Assembly: GCA_963775465.1 (NCBI GenBank)
Contig: CAVZIW010000006.1
Span: 64,001 to 128,000 of the forward strand
Origin: Candidatus Bathyarchaeota archaeon
GTDB taxonomy: Archaea > Thermoproteota > Bathyarchaeia > Bathyarchaeales > Bathycorpusculaceae
Direction: 5' to 3'
Length of the DNA: 64,000 nucleotides
Positions 31,179 through 40,554 of the stretch are shown here, one piece after another. A program made the translations under genes and the position numbers. Within the stretch, counting starts at the first letter, position 1. Every line of letters starts with the position of its first letter. Below the pieces are notes generated by a model. That model saw nothing but the letters and a program-made list of their open reading frames with translations, was not told where the DNA came from and did not search any database.

Positions 31179-33095
31179 ATGCTTATCCAAGAACTTATCG
31201 TTGAAAACTTCATGAGTTATGAGTACGCCCGTGTTCCGTTTAAGCAGGGTGTTAATGTAATCGGGGGTCCAAATGGAGCAGGTAAATCCTCGCTTCTTCT
31301 TGCGATATCTGTGGGTTTAGGACAAACTTACACTGAACGTAGTAGAAAACTCAGTGACTTGATAAGGTGGGGGCAAGATCAAGCTCGAGTAACCTTAATT
31401 TTAGATAATAGTAAAAAAGGCAACAAACGGCCAGTAGCCAAATACAGTAAAGACCAGTTGTTCCTAACTCGTGTGTTGCGACGAGATGGAAAGTACTCCT
31501 TTGAATTGGAAAATAAAGTCGCTAGTAAACAAGATATTGAAAGATTGTTAGGTAAGTTTGGCGTAGATCCTAACAACATGCTAATTATTATGCACCAAAG
31601 CATGGTGGAACAATTCAGCGTTCTTAGCAACGTAGAAAAATTGCGTATGGTTGAAGCAGCCGTCGGGTTAGAGCCTTTCCGTGAAAACGTTTTGCAAGCA
31701 AGAACTAAACTTACTCGCATCTTAAGTCAGGAAGAATCTGTTGGTAAACTCCTAGAACAAGCCCAGCAAACTCTCAACTATTGGCGCGAACAATACGAGA
31801 AGTTCCAAGAGAAAAAGCAACTTCAGCTTAAAAGAAGGTTTCTGGATCGAGAACTCGTTTGGGCTGAAGTCGAAAAACGAGAAAACGCTGTGAGAGTTCT
31901 GCAGAATAATTTTAATAAGAACCAACAGTTGCTGGGTAAAATTGAAAACGAAAGACAAAGTATTCTAAATGAAATAGACGATCATCAGAGTCAAACTCAG
32001 AAGCTGAGGGACGAAGTCAAATCTTTGTTCGATGATCGGTTGAGTTTGGAGCGTGAAATTGCTTATAACGAATCCGTTCAATTGTTTATTGGGCAGTTTC
32101 TTGGTGAAGCTCAATTACTGGAAGAAAATGCAATCAAAGATCAATTTAAATTACTCAGAATTGGCAACTTGAAACTAATTGTCCAGAATGCTATCGACAA
32201 AATTGCCAAAGCGACTGAACTAAATGACGCGAACAAGACAAAAATGCTGAAATTGGAGGGTTCCACTGATCGAATTTCTGATAATACATTGGAGAATCGT
32301 GTGAGTCTTGCGCTGTTAGAGTTCAAACGTGAAAACGCGATTTCTGAGAAGAAAAATATAGAGAAATCTATACAGGAAGCTCAAGAAAACGTAACTGCCG
32401 CAATAGCTAAGGCAGAGCAACTAGGCGAAAGAATTGTTGTTCTGAAAAATAGCTCCGAAATTCAAGATGAAATCGCACAAACTGACGGTCACCTAAGCGC
32501 ACTATCAAGCGTTTCGGAGGAAATTGAGCGTCAATATGAATCCTATTCAAAACTTTACTTAGAGCTCAAAGAGAAGATGCAGCTGGTAGTGGAGAACCGA
32601 GAAAAAACACTCGAAGAAGTAAGAACTCGAATGCAAGCTTGGCGATCTGTCATGGAGAATCTTCTTGATCGAGTAAACTTAGAGTATCAGCGTATCATGA
32701 GCCAAACATTAGCCACGGGTGAAGTAAAACTCTCTACCGTTCAAGATATTGAGGCTTCTGGCTTGGAAATTTATGTCGGGTTTAAAGGTAGTAAGCCGGT
32801 TGCATTAGATGCTTACACTCAGAGTGGAGGAGAACGAACAACTGCAACTATGGGTTTTCTTTTGGCTCTTCAGCAGCACGTACGTTCTCCATTCCGCGCA
32901 GTAGATGAATATGACATTCACATGGACCCCAAAAACCGCGAGATGATAGCTAAAGTTTTAGTCGCCCTGATTAAAGATGCTGCCTCTCAGTACGTTGTTA
33001 TTACTCCTAGTCAAATTACATTTGCTCAACAAGATGCAAATGTAATAACTGTCCAAAACCTCGAAGGAAAGTCAGTAGTGCGGCAGGTTAGCTAA
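31179..33095 (+). CDS. Short SMC-family ATPase, SMC5/6-like
   Basis: ENFMSY, GPNGAGKS, Q-loop MHQ, coiled coil, QSGGE, SPFRAVDEYDIHMD, YVVITP. Confidence 0.9.
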   Translation: MLIQELIVENFMSYEYARVPFKQGVNVIGGPNGAGKSSLLLAISVGLGQTYTERSRKLSDLIRWGQDQARVTLILDNSKKGNKRPVAKYSKDQLFLTRVLRRDGKYSFELENKVASKQDIERLLGKFGVDPNNMLIIMHQSMVEQFSVLSNVEKLRMVEAAVGLEPFRENVLQARTKLTRILSQEESVGKLLEQAQQTLNYWREQYEKFQEKKQLQLKRRFLDRELVWAEVEKRENAVRVLQNNFNKNQQLLGKIENERQSILNEIDDHQSQTQKLRDEVKSLFDDRLSLEREIAYNESVQLFIGQFLGEAQLLEENAIKDQFKLLRIGNLKLIVQNAIDKIAKATELNDANKTKMLKLEGSTDRISDNTLENRVSLALLEFKRENAISEKKNIEKSIQEAQENVTAAIAKAEQLGERIVVLKNSSEIQDEIAQTDGHLSALSSVSEEIERQYESYSKLYLELKEKMQLVVENREKTLEEVRTRMQAWRSVMENLLDRVNLEYQRIMSQTLATGEVKLSTVQDIEASGLEIYVGFKGSKPVALDAYTQSGGERTTATMGFLLALQQHVRSPFRAVDEYDIHMDPKNREMIAKVLVALIKDAASQYVVITPSQITFAQQDANVITVQNLEGKSVVRQVS

Positions 33096-33922
33096 TGTCA
33101 AAGAGAAAAGATGAAAAGAAGCTTGGGAAGGAACGGTTAGAGCGAATTATTGAAATGTGCAGTGCAATCGAAAGCCACCAAGTTGACCCTTTCACATTAA
33201 ACGTGAATGAAATAATTAAAATCGTTAAAGCATATTTTCCTCATTGGGACCAGCCTGATGAATTAAAACTTGACGCGGAAGCTCTTCACCATTTGGCTAC
33301 CGTAATCAAGATGCAAAGTGAATGGGTCAAGCAACGCTCAAACTCTTTGTATACTGACCCTTTCCTTCTGGAAGAGAAGATTCGGCAAACTGGTAAGCAA
33401 CAGATGGTAGATGTTTTTTTGGGTGCTTGGAGTCCCGTTATTGAGTTTGAGCAACTTAGTTTGCAAAATGTAGCTCAGGGGTTGCTGTACTGGGAAGCTT
33501 TGGCTCCAATCGATCAACGTTGGAAAGATATAGATGTCTCTGCTGTTGTAATGGGGTCAGTTAGCAGGGATGAAATGGTTAGGCAACGTGTCTTGAGTGA
33601 TAAGGAGTTTTCTGAGGAGTTGGAGGCGTATTGGTTGGAGCTAAAAAACAATGTTTTGGAGAAAGGAGTTGATGGCAAGATTGCTTATTGGGACTTCATT
33701 GGGGCTGACACTTATGAAGAGACTGTACAGCGTGCATTCTTGACGAGCTTTCTTGTAACTTATGGTTATGCAACCTTGGAAATTGATAGGCTGGAAGAAA
33801 CAATTCACATTTTACCCTATAAGAAACAAAGGCAAGAAGCCTTAACTGAGCAGTCAACTTCGGTTCCCATTGCTGTGTCCTGTGCAGATTGGCAGAAATG
33901 GAAAAGAGGCGAACAACTTTGA
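33095..33922 (+). CDS. Kleisin (ScpA/Nse4-like)
   Basis: VDPFTLNVNEII...LATVIKMQSE resembles the ScpA N-domain; RAFLTSFLVTYGYATLE...IHI resembles the C-terminal wH; translationally coupled to the SMC gene. Confidence 0.7.
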   Translation: MSKRKDEKKLGKERLERIIEMCSAIESHQVDPFTLNVNEIIKIVKAYFPHWDQPDELKLDAEALHHLATVIKMQSEWVKQRSNSLYTDPFLLEEKIRQTGKQQMVDVFLGAWSPVIEFEQLSLQNVAQGLLYWEALAPIDQRWKDIDVSAVVMGSVSRDEMVRQRVLSDKEFSEELEAYWLELKNNVLEKGVDGKIAYWDFIGADTYEETVQRAFLTSFLVTYGYATLEIDRLEETIHILPYKKQRQEALTEQSTSVPIAVSCADWQKWKRGEQL

Positions 33923-34548
33923 GTATGAAAAAGAAAGGTGTTTACGCTGGTAAAATCAAGAAAGCAGTGCAAATGCTCTTCTACAAACGACATCAGAAAC
34001 CAGGTGTTAAAGGCTGGGAACTCCACAAGGCTCTGGGAGCTGATTACCCCAAAGTGCTTGATGTGTTAGATGATTACTTAAAACCAATGGATTTGCAGAT
34101 TAAATCTGTGTTTGAAGAGGACAAAGAGCCTGAAAAACCAACTATAGAGCAGCTTGACAAGGCTAGATTCTTCGTAGTATTGCGAAATGGCTCAGTAACT
34201 AAGGACAAGTTAATGGGTTGGCGCATAGACGATTTGGCAGGCTTGGCTATAGCAATATCTTTCATAATAAGCAAGAAGGGGCAAGCTCCTCGCAAGGAAA
34301 TTGAGAAACTCTTAGGTGAGAAAATGCCGGGCTGGAAAATTGGTTTAAACATAGATCGCTATATTCGAAGCGGATATTTGATGCAGGATGATAAGGGTTT
34401 AATGTACTTAGATTGGCGGACAAGGGTTGAAGTTGATGAGAAAGCGTTAATTGAGTTTCTGTTGGCGACGGAGAAGAATAAAGAAGAGGCCGTTTATCTT
34501 GAGCCTAAGACTTCAGATTCGGAGGAAACTGAAGGGCAAAACGAATAG
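33889..34548 (+). CDS. Tandem winged-helix KITE protein (Nse1/Nse3-MAGE-like); start may be 33919
   Basis: GLAIAISFIISKKG...YIRSGYL...LDWRTRVEVDEKALIEFL resembles MAGE WH-B; third gene of the operon. Confidence 0.6.
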   Translation: MAEMEKRRTTLSMKKKGVYAGKIKKAVQMLFYKRHQKPGVKGWELHKALGADYPKVLDVLDDYLKPMDLQIKSVFEEDKEPEKPTIEQLDKARFFVVLRNGSVTKDKLMGWRIDDLAGLAIAISFIISKKGQAPRKEIEKLLGEKMPGWKIGLNIDRYIRSGYLMQDDKGLMYLDWRTRVEVDEKALIEFLLATEKNKEEAVYLEPKTSDSEETEGQNE

Positions 34549-34653
34549 TATTTTTTTAAAAATTATTGTTTTAGAGTTTTTATTTATCTTTTTTTTCGGT
34601 TGTTTGGCAAGTTTTAATTACGCTCCCCGCATACAGGATATTGTTGGGGTTTA

Positions 34654-35928
34654 ATGGGAAGCTCTGAAGAAGAAATCTATTCAACAATGTTTAGTTCTCT
34701 AAAGCATCCTGTACGACGGAAAATCCTTCGCATGTTAGCGAATAAGCCGATGACTTTTATGGAAATGGTTGATCTCCTAGGTGTCTCCTCCTCCCATTTG
34801 ACATACCATTTGGAATGTCTCGGTGAATTGATCTTTAAGATGGAGAACAACAATTACAAGTTGTCTTCTTTCGGGATAGCTACTATTAGTGCAATGAAAG
34901 GTGTAGAAGATCCAGAAACTGAACCCAAACGTCATCTAAAACTATCTTTTAAATGGAGAGCTGTTTTTGCAGCATTATTGGTTGTTATTATTGTCTTGAC
35001 AGCCTTCTCAACTCTCCAATATGTTTCCTTGAATCAATTTATGCAGAGGCAAAGCTCGCTTATGGCTGAAAACCAGCAACTTCTATCATGGGGCATAGGC
35101 ACTGACAAAGTAGCTGATTTGCTAGATAACGTTGCCAAGATTGATACAACACAATATAAAATAGCGTTGCTTAGTAACACACTTGAATTCCGCCAAGACT
35201 TCGGAGTTGCTGAAGAAATCTTAAAGTACTCTTTAACCAGCAGTCAAAGCAACATTGATGTTGATTTACGTTTCCGAGCTAACCATCTATCACGTTACCA
35301 GCTTACTCAGATTGAAAGCAACCCCATTTACCAGCAAACCCAACCAAGCGATATTCTGCAAATTGCCAAGGGAACACTTGACAGGTACCACTCTTATTCC
35401 GGTGACTCCTATTTAGAAGAAATGAGTAACCTACTATCAGCGGTTAATAAAACAGACAATCTGTCAATAATCCAAGGCAACTTAAAACTGCAGATAACAA
35501 GCTCAGCAGATGAAACAGAGTTTTTATGGATGTATTCTGAGAGAGGTATTGACTTTTCTGCTAAAAGCTTGAGGATGACTTTTCAAAACCGACTTTTAAC
35601 AGGTTTAACTGATGGATACTTCCTGTTTACAGTGGGGAATACCGACTTGGCTATTTCTGAGGATCAAGCTATAGATAGAGCGAAAAACTATGTCAAAACT
35701 CTAACATGGACCATCGATGGCAAGCAATTAACCGGTTTTAACACGCAAAGTCAACCAGTTTCGGTGCAGCTTTTGCCACATCCAAGAGGTAACTCGGTGG
35801 CGTTGATTCCATATTGGTACGTTGTTCTGAGTCTTGATCGAACATTTTCTGGTGGCATTAACGAGGTATCGGTGGGTCTTTTTGCAGATACGGGGCAAGT
35901 TGAAGATGTTCAGATGTTAAGCGGTTAG
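34654..35928 (+). CDS. Membrane-anchored ArsR-type wHTH protein with large extracellular domain
   Basis: SLKHPVRRKILRML..MTF....GVSSSHLTYHL, TM at about aa 102-120, then about 300 aa. Confidence 0.8.
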   Translation: MGSSEEEIYSTMFSSLKHPVRRKILRMLANKPMTFMEMVDLLGVSSSHLTYHLECLGELIFKMENNNYKLSSFGIATISAMKGVEDPETEPKRHLKLSFKWRAVFAALLVVIIVLTAFSTLQYVSLNQFMQRQSSLMAENQQLLSWGIGTDKVADLLDNVAKIDTTQYKIALLSNTLEFRQDFGVAEEILKYSLTSSQSNIDVDLRFRANHLSRYQLTQIESNPIYQQTQPSDILQIAKGTLDRYHSYSGDSYLEEMSNLLSAVNKTDNLSIIQGNLKLQITSSADETEFLWMYSERGIDFSAKSLRMTFQNRLLTGLTDGYFLFTVGNTDLAISEDQAIDRAKNYVKTLTWTIDGKQLTGFNTQSQPVSVQLLPHPRGNSVALIPYWYVVLSLDRTFSGGINEVSVGLFADTGQVEDVQMLSG

Positions 35929-36507
35929 AACTGCGACGTAACAATTTACGTTTTCATCATCTACGAATGCTGAAACAGTCAATTTACTCTCTTCCAAAAT
36001 GTCCATGAACGCATTCAGAGGGAAAGCTTTCTTTAACCCAGTTACTACCATTTTTCCCTCGGGTTTGGCGACACGCTTTAACTCTTTTAATGTTTTTTTA
36101 GGTAAAGGCATGTTTTGAAGAATCGTAAAAGCAAAAGTTCTATCAAAAAACTTGTTGCAGAATGGTAGATGGTCCGCATCAGCTTGCAAAACATAGACGT
36201 TCCCACGAACGTTGGCTTTTTCTTTGGCTTTATTTAGTAATTTGCGAGAAACATCGATTCCGATAACAATTTTCGCTTTATCAGAAACTTTGTCAATAAA
36301 AAGCCCTGATCCACATCCTACATCTAAAACAACCGAGCCTGTAATGTCGATGTGTTGGAGGGCTTTACAGTATTTTCGTGTCTGTTCTTCTTTGTAGCGT
36401 TCATCGTACATTTCCGCTGTTATATCGTATCTCTGTATGACTTTGTGTTTATCTTTCCAACCATTCAAGGTGTGTTCCTTCAGAAATCTTATGTACCTAA
36501 AACCCAA
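35917..36507 (-). CDS. Class I SAM-dependent methyltransferase (UbiE-like)
   Basis: VLDVGCGSG, GIDVS, QADADHLPF; real start probably about 36468. Confidence 0.85.
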   Translation of the reverse strand: MGFRYIRFLKEHTLNGWKDKHKVIQRYDITAEMYDERYKEEQTRKYCKALQHIDITGSVVLDVGCGSGLFIDKVSDKAKIVIGIDVSRKLLNKAKEKANVRGNVYVLQADADHLPFCNKFFDRTFAFTILQNMPLPKKTLKELKRVAKPEGKMVVTGLKKAFPLNAFMDILEESKLTVSAFVDDENVNCYVAVLTA

Positions 36508-36531
36508 CTAAAATAGGTTGGCTGAACGGAA

Positions 36532-37308
36532 TTGCTGGAGAATAATAGACTTGCCGTGCTTACACAACCAACCTTATGCGAAGCTGCTGTGCTAATTGAG
36601 AAAGCTTTTGTCAAAAGAAACACGCTAATAGTCGTTGGTAATTGCCATGTGCATTATGTAGGTAGAGCAAGCTCAAAGTTAGAACAAGGCGAACGCCTTT
36701 TGATTATCAAATCTGATGGTTCATTGTTGGTGCATCGTCCAGTTGGTTATGAGCCTGTTAATTGGCAACCTGCAGGAGGCGTTTTTCATGTAAAAGTTAA
36801 AGACGACGAATTGGAGGTTCATGCAGTTAGGCAAAAGCCACGAGAGAACGTGCGAGTAACATTTAGTCAGGTTTTGATGGTTTCTGCACTTGCTTTGGTG
36901 GATGCTGGTGAGTTTCTTTTGCATGCAAGCGAAGATGACATGCATCGTGCCATACTTCTTAAGCCAGAATTGCTGGAGGATGGTTTCAAACCGATTAGTT
37001 GGGAAAAACATGTTGAACCTGGATTTGTAGACATATACGGTGAAGACAAAAGCGGCAGGCTTGTTATTGTTGAAGTTAAACGTAGAACCGCTTCTAAGGA
37101 AGCCGCTTTTCAATTGGCAAAATACATCGAACCCATCAAAGCTAAAGTAAACCGTGAAATCCGAGCCATTCTAGTTGCGCCTGGTTTAGGGAAGGATGTG
37201 CAGCGAACGCTGGTTTCGTTGGGGCTGGAGTTTAAAGCTTTGAATCCTAAGGTATGTGCTGAGGTGCTTAAGAAGGCGGAAACTTCTAAGCTTGAATCGT
37301 TTTTTTAG
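36532..37308 (+). CDS. nucS: Endonuclease NucS/EndoMS
   Basis: YVGRASS, IIKSDGSLLVH, PVNWQP, VDIYG, VEVKR, QLAKY. Confidence 0.95.
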   Translation: MLENNRLAVLTQPTLCEAAVLIEKAFVKRNTLIVVGNCHVHYVGRASSKLEQGERLLIIKSDGSLLVHRPVGYEPVNWQPAGGVFHVKVKDDELEVHAVRQKPRENVRVTFSQVLMVSALALVDAGEFLLHASEDDMHRAILLKPELLEDGFKPISWEKHVEPGFVDIYGEDKSGRLVIVEVKRRTASKEAAFQLAKYIEPIKAKVNREIRAILVAPGLGKDVQRTLVSLGLEFKALNPKVCAEVLKKAETSKLESFF

Positions 37309-37352
37309 CCAAGATCCTTCTTTTTCGTTCTTTGGAGGGTCTAGTAGTTTGA

Positions 37353-38573
37353 CTAATCCACTTTCTTGTCCGACGCAATAAGAAGCGAAATCAAATAATC
37401 GTCTTCCACTAGTCCAAATCCGCCTTTTTGTACTGAAAACTCATCAAACATTTTCACCCCATCAGGCTTTAAGTAAGGTGAAGCAATAGAGAAAGGAACT
37501 GGGTCGCGTGAATGAGTGCCAATCTTTATTGGAGTTGGATGGTCAGGCAAAATTGCTACTGCGAATGGTTCATTCATTCCATTTAGTATTCTGCCCAATA
37601 ATCGCTTATCTAAGTCTTCGATAGTTTTCACTTTTAACTTGTAATCTTTAACATGCCCAGCTTCGTCTGGAGCTTCTACATGGACAAACACTAAGTCATT
37701 ATGTTCAAAGGCTTTTAAAACGGCATCTGCTTTACCCTCATAATTTGTATCGGCTAAGCCTGTAGCTCCGGGAACGTTAATGACTTCCATACCTGCATAG
37801 GACCCGATTCCTTTTACCAAATCAACCGCCGAAATAACAGCAGAACTGATGCCATACTTTTCTTTCAATGTTGGCATTGAAGGTTTTTTCCCGCCGCCCC
37901 AAGGCCAAATCAAATTGCCAGGTCTCTTACCTGCCTTTTCCCGTGCAATATTGACTGGGTGACTTCGAAGAACATCTCTGGACCCCAAAATTAAATCTCT
38001 GAGCAACTTCGCTTCTTTTTCAACTTCCAAAGACTTAGCTCTAGGCAAAACTTCGGCTATCTTTACTCCAGCTGCATCGTGCGGTGGAGTACACTCTATG
38101 AGTTCTGGATTTGGAAAGCCTCGTAGAATTAGGAAATGACGATAATCTAAACCGGCATAGAACTCAATTTTTCCACTCTTTCCAAACTCTTTTTTTACAG
38201 CGTCAATCAGCTGAGCAGCTTCAGCAGTGGTTATGTGCCCTGCAGAATAGTCCAATATCGCTTCGTCTTTTTCAGTTATTATGTTGCATCGGTATGCTGT
38301 GTCGTTATCTGATAGTTTTATTCCTCTGGCTGGAGCTTCAAGTGGTCCTCTTCCTGGACAATAAAGCCTTGGGTCGTATCCAAGAACAGAGCAGATTGCT
38401 GTATCTGAGCCTGGAGTGCATTGATCTGGTACGGTCTTGATTAAGCCGCTTCTGCCTTTAGCAGTAATGGAATCAACGTTTGGTTTGTAGGCTACTTGGA
38501 GAGGTGTTTTATTTCCCAACTCTGGCAAAGGATAATCAGCCATTCCGTCTCCAACAACAAGCAGATACTTCAT
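37353..38573 (-). CDS. apgM: Cofactor-independent phosphoglycerate mutase
   Basis: GDGMAD, KTPLQ, PGSD, GRGPLEA, HVEAPDEAGH, PDHPTP. Confidence 0.93.
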   Translation of the reverse strand: MKYLLVVGDGMADYPLPELGNKTPLQVAYKPNVDSITAKGRSGLIKTVPDQCTPGSDTAICSVLGYDPRLYCPGRGPLEAPARGIKLSDNDTAYRCNIITEKDEAILDYSAGHITTAEAAQLIDAVKKEFGKSGKIEFYAGLDYRHFLILRGFPNPELIECTPPHDAAGVKIAEVLPRAKSLEVEKEAKLLRDLILGSRDVLRSHPVNIAREKAGKRPGNLIWPWGGGKKPSMPTLKEKYGISSAVISAVDLVKGIGSYAGMEVINVPGATGLADTNYEGKADAVLKAFEHNDLVFVHVEAPDEAGHVKDYKLKVKTIEDLDKRLLGRILNGMNEPFAVAILPDHPTPIKIGTHSRDPVPFSIASPYLKPDGVKMFDEFSVQKGGFGLVEDDYLISLLIASDKKVD

Positions 38574-38827
38574 TATTATATCTCCAGTTTAACTTCGTAA
38601 TTATTGTTCTTGCGATTGTTTTATCTTCTTTTGGATACTGCAACCGCATATTTATCTACTTACTCATCAAGAAACAAACGTAAATAGTGCGAATTCCCAA
38701 AATGTCAGTTTTTCATTAGTCCCGAAAAAGAACCAACAAAAAGTAAAATGGAGTTTGGAAATATGAGTTTTTATTCTTTAACTCATACTCTGCAGACATA
38801 GATAAAAAAAGAGTTTAGTCAAGAAAC

Positions 38828-40497
38828 GAGACCGTGTAAAAAATTGCATAACGACGGTTGAAAGCTTGAAGAACTACCCTTTCTCTTTTTGATTTTTCTT
38901 GTCTTTTATTCTTTATTTTCTAACAAGAGCCCCAATTAAAGCTTGAACTCCAAGAATGTTCAAAGCCCTCCTCAAATTATAAGAAAGCAAAAGCAACCCA
39001 ACTTCTCCGCTAACCTTTCTAAGACCTTTAAGCAGCAAATAAGGTGCACCAAAGGCTCTCTTTACTGTACCAAATGTATGCTCAACTACTTTCTTGCGCT
39101 CATCCATTATCTCAGGATTAGCCTTCATCCTCTTTTTCATGTCATCGACAACTTCCTCATGCACCCAACGCCAAATTACTCTGCCTTTTTTATTGCTTGT
39201 ACATTTAGTCATGAAAAATTGGCATGATGAGCAAATACTCTTTGGGCATTTATAGGCTCGCATATCCATTCCATCCTGGGGCCTGCTGGATTGAGAATAG
39301 AGACCGTGCCCGGTAGGGCAATAATAAACGTCAGCAACTTTGTCATAGCGGAACTTGTCTGCAGTGAATTCTGGCGATATTGTACTGCCGCCGCTTCCGG
39401 ATCTCTTCACTGCGATATATGGCGTAACTCCGTTATCGGCACATTGCTTGATTTGCATAAAATCAAAGTATCCCCTATCAGAAAGGCAATCAATCTGCTC
39501 TACTCCAAGTGTTTCTTTAGCGTTTATTGCTATGCTGCTGAGTTGATTTAGATCGGATGCCTCGTTAGTAACCAAATAATTAACGATCAGGTGGTTTTTT
39601 GAGTCAACGGCTGCCTGCATGTTATAGCAGGATTCAACTCTGCCATGATTCATCATCTGTCGACAATCAGAGTCAGTTAGAGCTATTTGCATTTGACCAC
39701 TCTTTTGCATTTTGTCAAGAATTTCTTGGGATTTCTCTTTTTTCTCAAGTAGAGCTGCCAGTTTGTCTACTTCAAAAGCCTTAGCATCTTGACTTGCTTC
39801 GCTACCTGCTTGGTGCTCATCAGCCGCTTCCTGTGCATCTTGGGCATCCAACTCTTCTAAATAGTGTTTTACTGATTTTTCCATGACTTTTATTCGCTTT
39901 GCAAGTGCTCTTTGGGTGAAGGCTTTATCGTTGGCGTTGACAGCCCGCAGTTTAGTGCCATCTACGGATACCTGTTTTGCTCCATAGAGACTGAGGTCTT
40001 TTAGGAAAGCTACAAAGTCTTTGAATAGGGCGCCTATGGCTGCTGGGTTGTCTTTTCTAAAATCCGCTATGGTCTTAAAATCGGGTGCTAAGCCTTTGAG
40101 AAGCCACATTGCCTCTAGGTTGGTTTTGCATTCTCTTTCTAGTTTTCTGCTTGATCGGATGTGGTTTAGGCCTCCGTAGAGGTAGAGTTTGCAGAGGTCC
40201 TTTGGATTGTATGATGGTCTTCCAAGATCTAGCGGCTTTGAGTGGGTAAAGCCTAACTTTTCCATGTCTAGCGTGTTTACGTATGCATCTATGAACCTAA
40301 CTGGATTATCTGGTTCCACATATTCTTCTATGGTTTTTGGCAGCAGGAAAGTTTGACTTCTGGATAAGCCTTCTACATAGCTGTTGGTTTCGTTGTCCAT
40401 TTGTCTCACCTTTGAGTCTTGTCAACGATTGCTGTGTGTCTAGATTTAAGGTTAACGGCATTCTATGGGGGCTAGAGCAGACTTTTCACACATACTC
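38828..40497 (-). mobile_element. IS1182-family insertion sequence
   Basis: Imperfect IRs GAGACCGTGTAAAAAATT (38828-38845) and the reverse complement of GACTTTTCACACATACTC (40480-40497); flanked by the two halves of the 22-bp palindrome; exact ends uncertain by a few bp. Confidence 0.85.
38913..40409 (-). CDS. IS1182-family DDE transposase
   Basis: DUF772-like GRPSYNP..LYLYG, PDFKTIADFR, VDGTKL, TDSD, DRGY, YYCPTG, VEHTFGTVK. Confidence 0.95.
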   Translation of the reverse strand: MRQMDNETNSYVEGLSRSQTFLLPKTIEEYVEPDNPVRFIDAYVNTLDMEKLGFTHSKPLDLGRPSYNPKDLCKLYLYGGLNHIRSSRKLERECKTNLEAMWLLKGLAPDFKTIADFRKDNPAAIGALFKDFVAFLKDLSLYGAKQVSVDGTKLRAVNANDKAFTQRALAKRIKVMEKSVKHYLEELDAQDAQEAADEHQAGSEASQDAKAFEVDKLAALLEKKEKSQEILDKMQKSGQMQIALTDSDCRQMMNHGRVESCYNMQAAVDSKNHLIVNYLVTNEASDLNQLSSIAINAKETLGVEQIDCLSDRGYFDFMQIKQCADNGVTPYIAVKRSGSGGSTISPEFTADKFRYDKVADVYYCPTGHGLYSQSSRPQDGMDMRAYKCPKSICSSCQFFMTKCTSNKKGRVIWRWVHEEVVDDMKKRMKANPEIMDERKKVVEHTFGTVKRAFGAPYLLLKGLRKVSGEVGLLLLSYNLRRALNILGVQALIGALVRK

Positions 40498-40554
40498 GTT
40501 TCTTGACGAAAACGCATTATAACCTGCTCTTGCACATGAAATGCTGAAATAGCC

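Noticed and set aside
31179-34548. Wadjet/MksBEFG or Rad50-Mre11 assignment
   Set aside because: No JetD/Toprim gene, no Mre11 neighbour, no CxxC hook, and gene order and size differ.
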